In this document: piece by piece, positions 50,105 to 60,487 of the stretch
How positions within the stretch are numbered: the stretch's first letter is position 1
Layout: every line of letters starts with the position of its first letter
Origin: Spirochaetia bacterium
GTDB taxonomy: Bacteria; Spirochaetota; Spirochaetia; DSM-16054; Sediminispirochaetaceae
DNA: 64,000 nucleotides
Reading direction: 5' to 3'
Assembly: GCA_034520965.1 (NCBI GenBank)
Contig: JAXHMY010000002.1
Coordinates: 96,001-160,000 of the forward strand
The notes under the pieces: generated by a model
Databases searched by the model: none
Told to the model about the DNA's origin: nothing
Seen by the model: the letters and a program-made list of their open reading frames with translations, nothing else
Made by a program: the position numbers and the translations under genes

Positions 50105-50918
50105 AGTAAAGGTCCTTTCATGGGACGTGTTTACCGGGCAGCGGCCGATGAGGCAAGAAAGCGTAGCCCTTACTATAGGAGTGTTTGACGGAATCCACCG
50201 GGGTCACCAAACTCTTATCGAGAAAATTGTGAACAGGACTGAAAGTGTGCCGACAGTGCTAACTTTCCGCTTTAATCCTCGGCGGTTTTTAAAACCCCAT
50301 CTGTTTCCCGGTGATATTACCTCACAGCATCAGAAGCTGGAGATTTTGGCGGAGCATGGAGTCAAGACAGTCATACTCATTGACTTTTCCAACGATTTTA
50401 GTAAACTGTCAGGTAATGATTTTTTGATGGCAATACGCCAAAGTTGCAATTTAACCTATTTGGTGCTTGGAGATAATTTTAGGTGCGGTTTTCAAGGTAA
50501 GACCAGTGCCTACGATGTGAGAAATATTATGGCAGCGTACAATACACCTGTTGAAATTGCACCACCGGTCAGCTGGAAGGGTGCGACCCTCAGCAGTACC
50601 CGTATTAGAGCTGCACTAAGAGAGGGGCAGATTAAAGACGCCGCTGAAATGATGGGGAGAAACTACATTATAGATATTGCAAACACACCTCAAACTATTG
50701 AGGATTCATATAGAACGATAGGAAAAATGGGATTGCACCAGGTTGTACCACCTCCGGGTACCTATCTGGCAGACATCAAAACCCCTACACACACAACTTC
50801 CGTTCATCTTGATGTGACACAGGAGTACCTCCGGTGGCATCAGCCGGATGAGGAAGAATCCGTATTGATTGAATTTAAAGACATTAAAGGTAAAGGAGAA
50901 AGAAGCTATGCTTGCTAA
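50085..50918 (+). CDS. ribF: FAD synthetase (RibF family) with a degenerate kinase domain
   Basis: [18 protein letters not shown] and SSTRIR are present; the C-terminal GFPTAN kinase motif is absent. Start position uncertain. Confidence 0.8.
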   Translation: MLQRGTEVKVLSWDVFTGQRPMRQESVALTIGVFDGIHRGHQTLIEKIVNRTESVPTVLTFRFNPRRFLKPHLFPGDITSQHQKLEILAEHGVKTVILIDFSNDFSKLSGNDFLMAIRQSCNLTYLVLGDNFRCGFQGKTSAYDVRNIMAAYNTPVEIAPPVSWKGATLSSTRIRAALREGQIKDAAEMMGRNYIIDIANTPQTIEDSYRTIGKMGLHQVVPPPGTYLADIKTPTHTTSVHLDVTQEYLRWHQPDEEESVLIEFKDIKGKGERSYAC

Positions 50919-51174
50919 AGAGAAAAAAGAGGAAATTGTTAAGGAATTCGGTAAAGACGCCCAGGATACCGGGTCTACCGAAGTACAAATAGCGCTCACC
51001 ACCGCCCGAATTACAGAACTCACAGAACATCTGCGGGATAACAAAAAAGATCACAGCAGTCGCAGAGGCCTGCTGAAGCTGGTAGGACACCGGAGAAATC
51101 TGCTGAAGTACCTCAAGAAAACAGATCTTGATAAGTACCGGGAAATTCTCAAGCGTTTGAATCTAAGAAAATAA
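50908..51174 (+). CDS. rpsO: 30S ribosomal protein S15
   Basis: [10 protein letters not shown] and [16 protein letters not shown] 50908 after AAGGAG. Confidence 0.97.
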   Translation: MLAKEKKEEIVKEFGKDAQDTGSTEVQIALTTARITELTEHLRDNKKDHSSRRGLLKLVGHRRNLLKYLKKTDLDKYREILKRLNLRK

Positions 51175-51186
51175 AGGATAGATTAT

Positions 51187-53400
51187 ATGACTCATAAAGT
51201 GAGTATTAAAATAGGTGAAGAAGAACTCGTTCTAGAAACCGGACACATGGCCAAGCAGGCTAACGGCTCTGTATTTGCTACCTACGGCGGCACGGCAGTT
51301 CTCGCTACCGCCTGTGCGAGTAACAATGTATTAGAGAATATAGATTTCGTACCCCTGCAAGTGGAATACAACGAAAAATATTATGCAGCCGGAAAAATTC
51401 CCGGAGGCTTCCTGAAACGCGAGGGACGTCCCAAGGAAAAAGAGATTCTGGTATGCCGGCTCATTGACCGGCCTTTACGACCTCTGTTTTCAAAAGCCTT
51501 TAAGCGGGAAATACAGGTAGTACCTACAGTTATTTCGGCCGACCAGGTTAATCCGCCTGATATGGTGGCAATGGTTGCCGCATCGGCTGCAGTAGTAATA
51601 TCCGACATTCCCTTCGATGGACCGGTCGGTGCCGTACGAATTGCAAAAGTAGGGAACGATTTTGTTCCCAATCCCTCGTTCGAAAAAACAGAAGAAAGTG
51701 AACTTGATATTGTCGTAGCCGGAACGGCGAGCGGTATTACCATGGTGGAAGGTGGAGCAAAAGAGGTTCCAGAAGATATCATGCTGAAGGCTATTCAGAC
51801 TGCCGAACCCATTATTGCCGAGTTATGCCGGGTTCAGCAGGAACTGGCTGAAAAGGTCGGCAAGGTAAAGCTCCCTATGGCTCCTGAAGTTCCGCCGCTG
51901 CAAAACCGGCAGGAAATCTGGGACTTTGCTTATCCAAAAATGGAAGAGGCCTGCTTCGTTCTCGGTAAACACGAACGCAGTCATGCCATTTCTGAAGTAA
52001 AAGATGCTGCAAAAGAAAAGTTTGCCGACTCGATTACCGAGGATAACCAAAAACAGTTCGGCGCTATTCTAGACGATATGGAAACCCAGATTGTACGCTC
52101 TTCAATTTTAGAAAAGAACCTTCGTACCGATGGCCGCGAACCGGATAAAATACGTCCAATTACGTGTGAAATCGGCGTACTCTCGCGTACCCACGGTAGT
52201 GCACTGTTTACTCGTGGTGAAACTCAGGCCTTAGCCGTTACCACTCTTGGTACTGCGTACGATGAACAGATGCGGGACAATATTGATGGTGAAAAGAGCT
52301 TTGAGCATTTTATGCTGCACTATAACTTTCCTCCCTTCTCGGTTGGTGAAACCGGACGAATGGGTACCGGACGTCGGGAAATTGGTCACGGCCACCTGGC
52401 TTTAAGGGCACTTGAAGGCGTACTGCCGAAGAAAGAGATTTTTCCGTATACCATCCGGCTTGTTTCTGAAATTCTTGAATCCAACGGTTCATCTTCTATG
52501 GCCACCGTGTGCGGCGGCTCCTTGTCATTACTGCAGGCGGGTGTGCACATTCGCAAGCCCGTAGCCGGAATTGCAATGGGGCTGGTAACCGATGGTGAAA
52601 AATCCGTTATTCTCAGCGATATTCTTGGTGAGGAAGATCACCTTGGTGATATGGATTTTAAGGTAACCGGTACCGAAGATGGAATTACCGCCTTTCAGAT
52701 GGACATTAAAATTGCCGGTGTAAGCTCCGAGCTTATGTCACGGGCAATGGAACAGGCTCGGGTTGGTAGACTGCACATTCTTGATATTATGAACGCTACT
52801 ATCAGTGCACCCCAAGAAGATCTCTCCGAGTACGCACCTAAAATTATCACCATGAAGATTGACGAAGAGAAGATTGGTGCGGTCATTGGACCGGGTGGCA
52901 AGGTCATCAAGGGTATCAGTGAGCAGACCGGTTCCGATGTAAAGATAGACGACGATGGAACCATTAAGATATTCGGCAAAACCCAGGCACAAGCAGAAAG
53001 CGCACAAGACCTGGTGAAACAGATTATCGAAGAGCCTGAAGCCGGGAAAATTTACCAGGGCAAGGTGAAACGTATTCTTGACTTTGGCGCGTTCGTCGAA
53101 ATTCTGCCCGGTAAAGAGGGGCTAGTCCATATTTCTAAGCTTTCACGGGAACGGGTACAATCTGTAGAAGATGTACTTGAGCTGAACCAAGAGATTCCGG
53201 TTAAACTGCTGGAAGTAGATAGGATGGGACGGCTGAACCTCAGTTATATCGATGCGATTGATCCCGATGGGGCACCGCAAGGCGGCGGAGAATCCCGCGG
53301 CAGTGGCGGCGGACAGCATCGAGACCGTGGAGACAGAGGTGATCGAGGGGGTGACCGAAAAGGAAACTCTCACCGGCCTCCCAGCCGCCGGAGAGATTAA
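51187..53400 (+). CDS. pnp: Polyribonucleotide nucleotidyltransferase
   Basis: [39 protein letters not shown], then KH and S1 domains. Confidence 0.98.
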   Translation: MTHKVSIKIGEEELVLETGHMAKQANGSVFATYGGTAVLATACASNNVLENIDFVPLQVEYNEKYYAAGKIPGGFLKREGRPKEKEILVCRLIDRPLRPLFSKAFKREIQVVPTVISADQVNPPDMVAMVAASAAVVISDIPFDGPVGAVRIAKVGNDFVPNPSFEKTEESELDIVVAGTASGITMVEGGAKEVPEDIMLKAIQTAEPIIAELCRVQQELAEKVGKVKLPMAPEVPPLQNRQEIWDFAYPKMEEACFVLGKHERSHAISEVKDAAKEKFADSITEDNQKQFGAILDDMETQIVRSSILEKNLRTDGREPDKIRPITCEIGVLSRTHGSALFTRGETQALAVTTLGTAYDEQMRDNIDGEKSFEHFMLHYNFPPFSVGETGRMGTGRREIGHGHLALRALEGVLPKKEIFPYTIRLVSEILESNGSSSMATVCGGSLSLLQAGVHIRKPVAGIAMGLVTDGEKSVILSDILGEEDHLGDMDFKVTGTEDGITAFQMDIKIAGVSSELMSRAMEQARVGRLHILDIMNATISAPQEDLSEYAPKIITMKIDEEKIGAVIGPGGKVIKGISEQTGSDVKIDDDGTIKIFGKTQAQAESAQDLVKQIIEEPEAGKIYQGKVKRILDFGAFVEILPGKEGLVHISKLSRERVQSVEDVLELNQEIPVKLLEVDRMGRLNLSYIDAIDPDGAPQGGGESRGSGGGQHRDRGDRGDRGGDRKGNSHRPPSRRRD

Positions 53401-53403
53401 TCG

Positions 53404-53841
53404 ATGAATAAAATTGTCGTTCATGGAAGTTTTGGGTCGGAGAATGTACCACAATACACTTCTGCCCATGCTTCTGGAGCCGATATACAAGCCCTGCTTG
53501 AAGAACCGCTCACCCTGCAACCGGGCGAGCGGGGACTTGTGCCTACCGGTATTGTACTGGAGATCCCTGATGGCTACGAAGCGCAAGTACGGCCGCGGTC
53601 AGGCCTGGCAATTCGGCATGGCGTGGGCGTTTTAAACGCTCCCGGTACTGTCGATGCCGATTATCGGGGTGAAATAAAAGTAGTACTGATAAATCTTGGA
53701 CAAGAGCCGTATACCATACAAAACGGAGACCGTATTGCACAGATGGTATTTGCACCGGTAATCCGAGCTGAATTTTATCACAATATTAAATTATCTGAAA
53801 CTGAACGCGGATCAGGTGGTTTCGGCTCCACCGGAACCTGA
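53404..53841 (+). CDS. dut: dUTP diphosphatase
   Basis: [27 protein letters not shown] and [10 protein letters not shown]. Confidence 0.96.
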   Translation: MNKIVVHGSFGSENVPQYTSAHASGADIQALLEEPLTLQPGERGLVPTGIVLEIPDGYEAQVRPRSGLAIRHGVGVLNAPGTVDADYRGEIKVVLINLGQEPYTIQNGDRIAQMVFAPVIRAEFYHNIKLSETERGSGGFGSTGT

Positions 53842-53861
53842 AAAAGTGGTACACTTTTTAG

Positions 53862-55205
53862 ATGAGCGCTCCATCTTTCACTTCTATCTTTCAAAAGAGC
53901 TTTCGAACTACCTATCACAGAAGGTATCACAGAATATCCCTCTACATCGGCTCGGAATTTCTGTTCTCTTTTTTTGTGGCCTTCCTCTTTTTTTTCGGCA
54001 TATTTTTTGTAAACCAGCTGTTGCTCTTAGCGGAAGAGATTTTGGCCAAAGATGTGGGTTTGCTTGATGTAGCACTGCTTATTATCTATTCGCTGCCTGC
54101 AATTGTATCTTTTACTTTTCCCTTTGCCTCGTTGGTAGGCGGCCTTATGGCTATTGGGAGGCTCTCTTCAGATAGCGAAATTCTGGCCTTTCGTGCCTCC
54201 GGAATACCATACCGCCGCCTTTTATACCCATTGATCGTATTAGGGCTTGCATTTTCTCTTTTCTCTTTCGCCATGGGGGATTATTTTCTGCCTAGGGGCA
54301 CTCTAAGCTTTGGGAAACTCTATCGCGAAATTTTGTATTCAAATCCGGCTTTGGAGCTTGAGTCAAACTCGGTGAAAGAGTACCAGGATACCACCCTCGT
54401 AACCGGTGAAATAATTGCAGGGACCATCTACGATCTGGTTATCATGGATACAACCGATGAAGGGGAAAAACGGGTTATTATGGCCGATACAGCTCTGCTC
54501 AGAGAAAGCAGCAGCCAGAGCGGTGTTATCGGGCTGACCCTGCGCAACGTCTTTGGCCATGCGGTACCTGCCAAAGCAACTAATAACTATCACTATTTTG
54601 AAGCTGAAGAGATGATATACAATATTCTGCTGCGTGATATCAGCTACTCCCTCGGCTCATTGACGCCGCGGGAGATGAGTAGTATAGATGTATATAAGGA
54701 AATCCGCATAAAAGAGGCGGCTCTAAAGGAACGCATCAAAAATCAAGCGCTCGCAGTTGAACAGGAGCGTTACCTTCTTCTGCAAGGTTACCTACACAGG
54801 GTGTACAGTCCTGCATCTAATTCCGCACCCGGCTCTTCATCCGGCTCTGCGCAAAATCAATTAGAACAGAAATACTCCCAGTTTCAACAAATGAAAAACC
54901 GAGAGATTCAAAGTAAATCCCTGCAAATACACAAAATCGAATTATACAAAAAAATGGCAATTCCCTTTGGATGCCTTGCTTTTGTGTTTTTCTTTTTTCC
55001 CGCAGGCACTTTCTCTAAAAAAAGCGGACGTTCCGTAGGCTTTGGGATCGGTTTATTAATCTCGGTGCTCTACTGGGCCATGCTGTTTGCCGGGCAGACC
55101 CTGGGTTTGCGAATGGACTTCTCTCCAGTAGCTGCAATGTGGCTGCCGAATGTAATCATTGTAGCTATTGGTATAATTCTATATCGAGCAAGGTTATCAC
55201 GATGA
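53862..55205 (+). CDS. lptF: LptF/LptG (YjgP/YjgQ) permease
   Basis: RLSSDSEILAFRASGI; 3 TM + periplasmic domain + 3 TM. Confidence 0.85.
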   Translation: MSAPSFTSIFQKSFRTTYHRRYHRISLYIGSEFLFSFFVAFLFFFGIFFVNQLLLLAEEILAKDVGLLDVALLIIYSLPAIVSFTFPFASLVGGLMAIGRLSSDSEILAFRASGIPYRRLLYPLIVLGLAFSLFSFAMGDYFLPRGTLSFGKLYREILYSNPALELESNSVKEYQDTTLVTGEIIAGTIYDLVIMDTTDEGEKRVIMADTALLRESSSQSGVIGLTLRNVFGHAVPAKATNNYHYFEAEEMIYNILLRDISYSLGSLTPREMSSIDVYKEIRIKEAALKERIKNQALAVEQERYLLLQGYLHRVYSPASNSAPGSSSGSAQNQLEQKYSQFQQMKNREIQSKSLQIHKIELYKKMAIPFGCLAFVFFFFPAGTFSKKSGRSVGFGIGLLISVLYWAMLFAGQTLGLRMDFSPVAAMWLPNVIIVAIGIILYRARLSR

Positions 55206-56296
55206 AAACGCTTCATTTTATGCTGCTCAGAAGTTTTTTGCCGATATTTCTCATATCACTTCTGTTTTTTGTACTTACCCTTGAAATGGTTGATGTGTTT
55301 GCAAACCTGTGGCGCTATCTGAATAATGACGCTTCCATCAAGGAAATACTGCAAGTTTCGCTGCTCTACCTGCCTACAAGTACAAGTTATGCGCTTCCGC
55401 CGGCCCTTTTGTTTGCCGTTTCATTTACCCTCGGCAATCTTTACGCCCGTAACGAGCTGATTGCCATTTTAGGGGCCGGAATTTCCTTTGTAAAACTAAT
55501 TGTGCCGCTATTTGTAATCGGTCTTTTGTTAAGCTTTGCTTATTTTTTCTTCCACGAAGCCCTGGTAATTGATACCTTCGCACACAAAAACCAGCTGTCC
55601 CGAGAATTACTTGGCCAGAAAGTTTCCTACAGTAATACCGATATTACCGTAATAGGAGAGACCAATAACAATGTATATCATGCCGATTATTATAACGATT
55701 CGGCTAAAACTCTTTCCGGTCTTACGGTACTGCAGAGAGGGGCGCACTCTAAGTTTATAGGAAGAATAGAAGCCGGGTGGGCTGAATTTGTATTGGATAA
55801 CGATGGAAAAGGCAGCTGGGTGCTGCATGAGGTGAATGAATATAAAACCGCTGAAGAGGGGGAATTGGTACACAATTCTCATAGACGCATCGACGCCCCG
55901 TTTATCGAACTAACCCCCTTTCATTTTCAACGTAAAACAAAAAATGTTGAAGAGCTGCATTATGGCGAGGCACGCGAATGGATAGAGGCGTTGAGAAAAT
56001 CCGGCCGTAGTGGTTATAAGGCCGCCCTTACGGATTACTATAAGCGCTTTTCATTTGCCCTGACTCCCTTTATAGTAATACTTATCTCGGCCGCCATAGG
56101 ATCCAGGTTCAAAAAAAATATTTTGCTTATGAGTCTCATGGTCAGTCTAATTTTGTCCGTGATATATTATGTGAGCGACATGATCTTGGGTTTATTCGCT
56201 AAACAGGGTATTATTGAACCTGCAACCGGAGCATGGGCGGCGGTGCTCTTTTTTCTAGCTGCCGGTACTATTTTACTAAGACATGCCAAAACTTAA
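55202..56296 (+). CDS. lptG: LptF/LptG permease
   Basis: NELIAILGAGIS and the same topology; ATGA overlap with lptF. Confidence 0.85.
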   Translation: MKTLHFMLLRSFLPIFLISLLFFVLTLEMVDVFANLWRYLNNDASIKEILQVSLLYLPTSTSYALPPALLFAVSFTLGNLYARNELIAILGAGISFVKLIVPLFVIGLLLSFAYFFFHEALVIDTFAHKNQLSRELLGQKVSYSNTDITVIGETNNNVYHADYYNDSAKTLSGLTVLQRGAHSKFIGRIEAGWAEFVLDNDGKGSWVLHEVNEYKTAEEGELVHNSHRRIDAPFIELTPFHFQRKTKNVEELHYGEAREWIEALRKSGRSGYKAALTDYYKRFSFALTPFIVILISAAIGSRFKKNILLMSLMVSLILSVIYYVSDMILGLFAKQGIIEPATGAWAAVLFFLAAGTILLRHAKT

Positions 56297-56307
56297 GAGG
56301 GAAGATC

Positions 56308-57453
56308 ATGCTTTTTAAAACAACTCATAACGATTCGGGTAGTCGTGCTCGTACGGGAATATTAGAACTGCCCCACGGCAGTGTGCCTACACCGATGTTT
56401 ATGCCTGTGGGAACAAATGCAACTGTAAAAGCGATGCTCCACGAAAGCATTTCCAAAATAGGCTACAACCTTATTCTTGGTAATACCTATCACCTGTTTT
56501 TACGGCCGGGGAAGGAGGTGATAGATCATTACGGGAGTCTACATAATTTTAGTAACTGGCAGGGAAACATTCTTACCGACAGCGGCGGCTTTCAGGTGTT
56601 CAGCCTGGCTCCATTTCGGAAAATAAAAGAGGAAGGGGTAAGATTTCGCTCCCACATCGATGGAGCTTACCATATGCTCACCCCGGAAGACGTCGTAGGC
56701 CTGCAAGAGAGTTTTAAAAGCGATATTGCCATGTGTCTGGATGTCTGTACGCCTCCCGACATCACCTATAAACAGGCCTTGGAGGCACTGGAACTGACCA
56801 GCCGCTGGGCCGCCCGCAGCAAAAAACGCCGGCAACAGGCCGCCTCAGACTGGCAGGGACATTTGTTTGGTATTATCCAGGGCAACTTTTATAAGGACCT
56901 GCGAAAACGAAGCACCGAAGAAATTTTAGAACTCGACCTGCCGGGGGTAGCGATCGGCGGTTTATCAGTGGGAGAAACATTTAGCCAGTTCGAAGACTAT
57001 CTTGCCCATTCAGCTGAACTGCTGCCCCAGGAAAAACCGCGATACTTGATGGGTATCGGAACCCCCGACTATATTCTGAGCGCCGTTGAACACGGTATCG
57101 ACATGTTCGACTGTGTGTTTGCAACCCGTACCGCTCGTACCGGTACTGTATTTACCGACGATGGTATGATCGCCCTTAAGAAAGCAGCCCATCGCTTTGA
57201 TAAAGGTCCAATTGTAGAAGGCTGCACCTGTCCCGCCTGCAGCCAATACTCCCGGGGCTATCTACGGCACTTATTCAAAACAAACGAGATTTTAGGTTCA
57301 ATGCTGGCAACTGAACATAATCTACAGTATCTGTACGATTTTATTCAAAAGATACATACCGCTATTTACAACAACAGTTTTAGAGAGTTTAAGGCAACTT
57401 ACTTAAAACGCTTTTTTGCCGGTAACACAAAAAATGCCGTCACCACAGAGTAA
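56308..57453 (+). CDS. tgt: tRNA-guanine transglycosylase
   Basis: TPMFMPVGT, NTYHL, TDSGGFQ, GGLSVGE and CTCPAC...H. Confidence 0.97.
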   Translation: MLFKTTHNDSGSRARTGILELPHGSVPTPMFMPVGTNATVKAMLHESISKIGYNLILGNTYHLFLRPGKEVIDHYGSLHNFSNWQGNILTDSGGFQVFSLAPFRKIKEEGVRFRSHIDGAYHMLTPEDVVGLQESFKSDIAMCLDVCTPPDITYKQALEALELTSRWAARSKKRRQQAASDWQGHLFGIIQGNFYKDLRKRSTEEILELDLPGVAIGGLSVGETFSQFEDYLAHSAELLPQEKPRYLMGIGTPDYILSAVEHGIDMFDCVFATRTARTGTVFTDDGMIALKKAAHRFDKGPIVEGCTCPACSQYSRGYLRHLFKTNEILGSMLATEHNLQYLYDFIQKIHTAIYNNSFREFKATYLKRFFAGNTKNAVTTE

Positions 57454-57457
57454 CAGT

Positions 57458-59041
57458 ATGAAAGAGCAAAGCACCGGGCAGAGCACCCTAGCTACATTTA
57501 TTGTGATGTCCAGCACATTCATCTCAAGAATTCTGGGCTTTGTAAGAACCGCTGCAATCACCGCAATTTTCGGTGCCACCGGCAAAGCCGACATTATCAA
57601 CGTCACCTTTGCAGTACCTAACAATCTGAGAAAATTGCTGGCTGAAGGAGCTCTCTCATCGGCCTTTATTCCGGTGTTGTCCGAGGCAATTGTGGAAGAG
57701 GGGGAGCAGCCGGAGCGTTCAAAACTTTTAGTTCGCCATTTAATTGGATTCCAGCTGCTCATTATCATTCCATTGTGCAGCCTTTCAATTATTTTTGCAG
57801 GCCCCCTTATTCAGTTTGTCCTAACCCAGTTTAAGGATGCTGAGCAGCTTGCATTATCGACCAAGCTGTTCCGTTTTTTTATTAACTATTTACTGTTTAT
57901 CAGCGTAAGTGCGGTAATAATCGGAGTACTCAACTCTCACAGCCGTTTTTTCATTCCGGCTATTACCCCAATTATCTTTTCTGTGTCGGTAATAGCTTCT
58001 ATCATCATATTTCACAGTTCCCTAGGCATATTTTCAATGGCGGTTGGGGTGCTGATCGGCGGAGCGGGACAGGTGGCATTCCAATATCCGCTTTTCCGGC
58101 GAATGGGTTATTCTGTCCTGCCGGCCTTTGACTTTGTACGTAACCCGGACTTTGTGCGTATTATGCGCCAATGGGCACCGGTGGTAGCAACCTCCTCAGT
58201 TTTCACAGTAAACCAACAGGTTGCCTTTATTCTGGCCTCAGGGTTAGAAACCGGAAGTGCCTCGGCTCTCTCCTACGCCCTGGTATTCTGGCAGCTGCCC
58301 TTCGGCATATTTTCAACTTCCATCACCACTGTGTTGTTTCCCAAGATGAGCCGGCAGGTTTCACAAAACGACCTCTCAGGACTGCGTGAGAGCGTGCAGT
58401 ACGGCCTACGCTTCCTATTGGCACTCCTGATACCCTCGGCACTTGTTATGAGTCTGATGGGAAGTGAGATTATATCGATAGCGATTCAAAGGGGTATGTT
58501 CCGCACTGAGGACACCGAATTAACCGCCTTTGTACTTACCGGTTTTTGTTACGGCCTATTTAGCGTGGGAGCCTTCAATTTCTTGCAGCGCTATTTTTAC
58601 AGTTCCAAACAGTACGCTTTTCCATTTTATGTTGCTTTAGGAGTGCTGATAGTTGATGTGACCTTATCTTTAATTTTGAAAGAGACGGCACTGCGGGTGG
58701 CCGGTCTCTCGATAGCCAACTCCATCTCCTTTAGTCTGGGGCTTATTGTTCTCTTTTTGCATGCATATCGTCAATTAGGTTGGCTTTCCCTGGGGGCACT
58801 TGGATTAACGGCTCTGAAAGTTATTGGAGCATCCTTGCCGGTGGCTCTTGTAATTCTTAAAATGCAGTCACTCTTTGGTCCCTACTGGCGCACCGGAAGC
58901 AGCCTGGCCGGATTAGGCTTTCTGCTGATAGAAATTGCAGTTATAATGACAATGTATGTAGTTTTGTACCGTATTTTGAGGGTTGAAATGGTGAGCTATT
59001 TATTTAAGCGCTTCAAACGAAAAGCCGAGAAGGAAGGGTGA
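57458..59041 (+). CDS. murJ: Lipid II flippase
   Basis: SRILGFVR, PNNLRKLLAEGALSSAFIP and about 14 TM helices. Confidence 0.93.
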   Translation: MKEQSTGQSTLATFIVMSSTFISRILGFVRTAAITAIFGATGKADIINVTFAVPNNLRKLLAEGALSSAFIPVLSEAIVEEGEQPERSKLLVRHLIGFQLLIIIPLCSLSIIFAGPLIQFVLTQFKDAEQLALSTKLFRFFINYLLFISVSAVIIGVLNSHSRFFIPAITPIIFSVSVIASIIIFHSSLGIFSMAVGVLIGGAGQVAFQYPLFRRMGYSVLPAFDFVRNPDFVRIMRQWAPVVATSSVFTVNQQVAFILASGLETGSASALSYALVFWQLPFGIFSTSITTVLFPKMSRQVSQNDLSGLRESVQYGLRFLLALLIPSALVMSLMGSEIISIAIQRGMFRTEDTELTAFVLTGFCYGLFSVGAFNFLQRYFYSSKQYAFPFYVALGVLIVDVTLSLILKETALRVAGLSIANSISFSLGLIVLFLHAYRQLGWLSLGALGLTALKVIGASLPVALVILKMQSLFGPYWRTGSSLAGLGFLLIEIAVIMTMYVVLYRILRVEMVSYLFKRFKRKAEKEG

Positions 59042-60477
59042 TGTACACAAAATTTTTGTTTCTTTACGGATCTTCGGATCGATTATTACAACCGCACCTC
59101 CATCAAGTGGGGCTAAAAGTACTTCTGCTTGGAATGCTTCTTTTGTTCACACTCGTTGTACAGCCCCTGCTTGCCCAGGAAACTTCGGAAACTGAGACAG
59201 AAAATGAAAAAGAAGAGATAAGCCTTGAGGAGCAACGAAAACTTACTATAAAGTACGGAATAGACTCGCAGATATTAGAGCTCATTTCGCAGCTTAAGGA
59301 TCAAAAAAACGATGACTATCTACCCGAATTGGAAGAACAGTTTAGCACTACCTCCAATACAAATATCAAAGCTTCAATCGTCGGTTTATTTGAATCTTTA
59401 GAGAACGATGGTATTGTTGATGAGGCTTTTGAGCAACTGAAGGAATATGACGACCTGGAAGCGGATTTTGTATTAGATTTAATACACTATATTGATGAGT
59501 ATCAGACCGACTCCATCACCGCCGTATTTTATGAAATGCTCGACGATCCAAGGACGGAAGTTGCCTCCGCAGCTCTCAAGGCAATAGGGGAATCAGAACG
59601 AGAGCAGTATGCCCAGAAACTCCTGGACCTGTATGAAGACCAATTGTTCCGTGATGCACTGAAAGCTCCACTTATTACCGCTCTCGGAGAGCTTGGAGAT
59701 CCTGAGGCCTTTGAGATGCTGGACAGAATTGTGAGCGATGAAGATCAATCAAAATCGCTGCGGTGGAGGGCGTGCCTGGCCTTAGGAAAAATAGGCGGAG
59801 ATAAGGCCTTCGAATCGGTAAGCCAACTCTTGAATGACGACGACCCAATTCTGCGTTCCTACGCCGTGAGCGCCCTTGGTTATTTTGATCAGGACGGCAC
59901 TGTGAAGATCCTCATCGACGCTTTAAGAGACGGCATGTGGAGAGTGAGGGTACAGGCAGCCGAAGCTCTCGGTCGCAGGCAGGCTAATGAGGCGCTGGAT
60001 ATCCTTAAGTATAAAGCTGAATACGATCCGGATATAAGAAATGTCCGGCTTACCGCCGTACGGGCTATCGGTAAATTAGACAGTCGCGAAGGCTATAACT
60101 TTCTGCGTGAACTCTACAGCTCACAGAAAACCCCTGCGGGACTTCGCACCGCAGCAATTAAAATACTAGTTGAGGAGGATCTGAAAAACTCTTTAAATGT
60201 GATCAACGAAGTGTTTGAAGAGGAGTGGGGGAAAGACAAATCGTCTATTTTAGATTACACCTGTAAAATGTTATCAACTAAAGAATCCAATAGCTTAGCT
60301 CCGCTATATAAAAAAATGTTGAACCATCCCTCTCATATAAACCTGCTGTACTACGGACTGCGAGGGGTTAGACTGAATAAAGTCGGCTCGCTTAGAGCAG
60401 AAGTAGAGGATTTGACAGCCAAAAATGTAAGTCGCGGAGTACAATCGCTGGCCAAAAAGGTGCTTGAGGAACTATAA
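59041..60477 (+). CDS. HEAT-repeat protein with an N-terminal signal/anchor
   Basis: Repeats such as LRWRACLALGKIG, LRSYAVSALG and VRVQAAEALG. Confidence 0.85.
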   Translation: MYTKFLFLYGSSDRLLQPHLHQVGLKVLLLGMLLLFTLVVQPLLAQETSETETENEKEEISLEEQRKLTIKYGIDSQILELISQLKDQKNDDYLPELEEQFSTTSNTNIKASIVGLFESLENDGIVDEAFEQLKEYDDLEADFVLDLIHYIDEYQTDSITAVFYEMLDDPRTEVASAALKAIGESEREQYAQKLLDLYEDQLFRDALKAPLITALGELGDPEAFEMLDRIVSDEDQSKSLRWRACLALGKIGGDKAFESVSQLLNDDDPILRSYAVSALGYFDQDGTVKILIDALRDGMWRVRVQAAEALGRRQANEALDILKYKAEYDPDIRNVRLTAVRAIGKLDSREGYNFLRELYSSQKTPAGLRTAAIKILVEEDLKNSLNVINEVFEEEWGKDKSSILDYTCKMLSTKESNSLAPLYKKMLNHPSHINLLYYGLRGVRLNKVGSLRAEVEDLTAKNVSRGVQSLAKKVLEEL

Positions 60478-60487
60478 CAAGTCGCTT

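Noticed and set aside
53320..53400. RGD repeats at the PNPase C-terminus as an integrin-binding motif
   Set aside because: PNPase is cytoplasmic, and R/G/D-rich disordered tails are common in this family.
32163..60477. The tmk-tamB-bamA...murJ-HEAT superoperon as a novel system
   Set aside because: It matches the conserved spirochaete gene order as recalled for Borrelia; ordinary housekeeping synteny.
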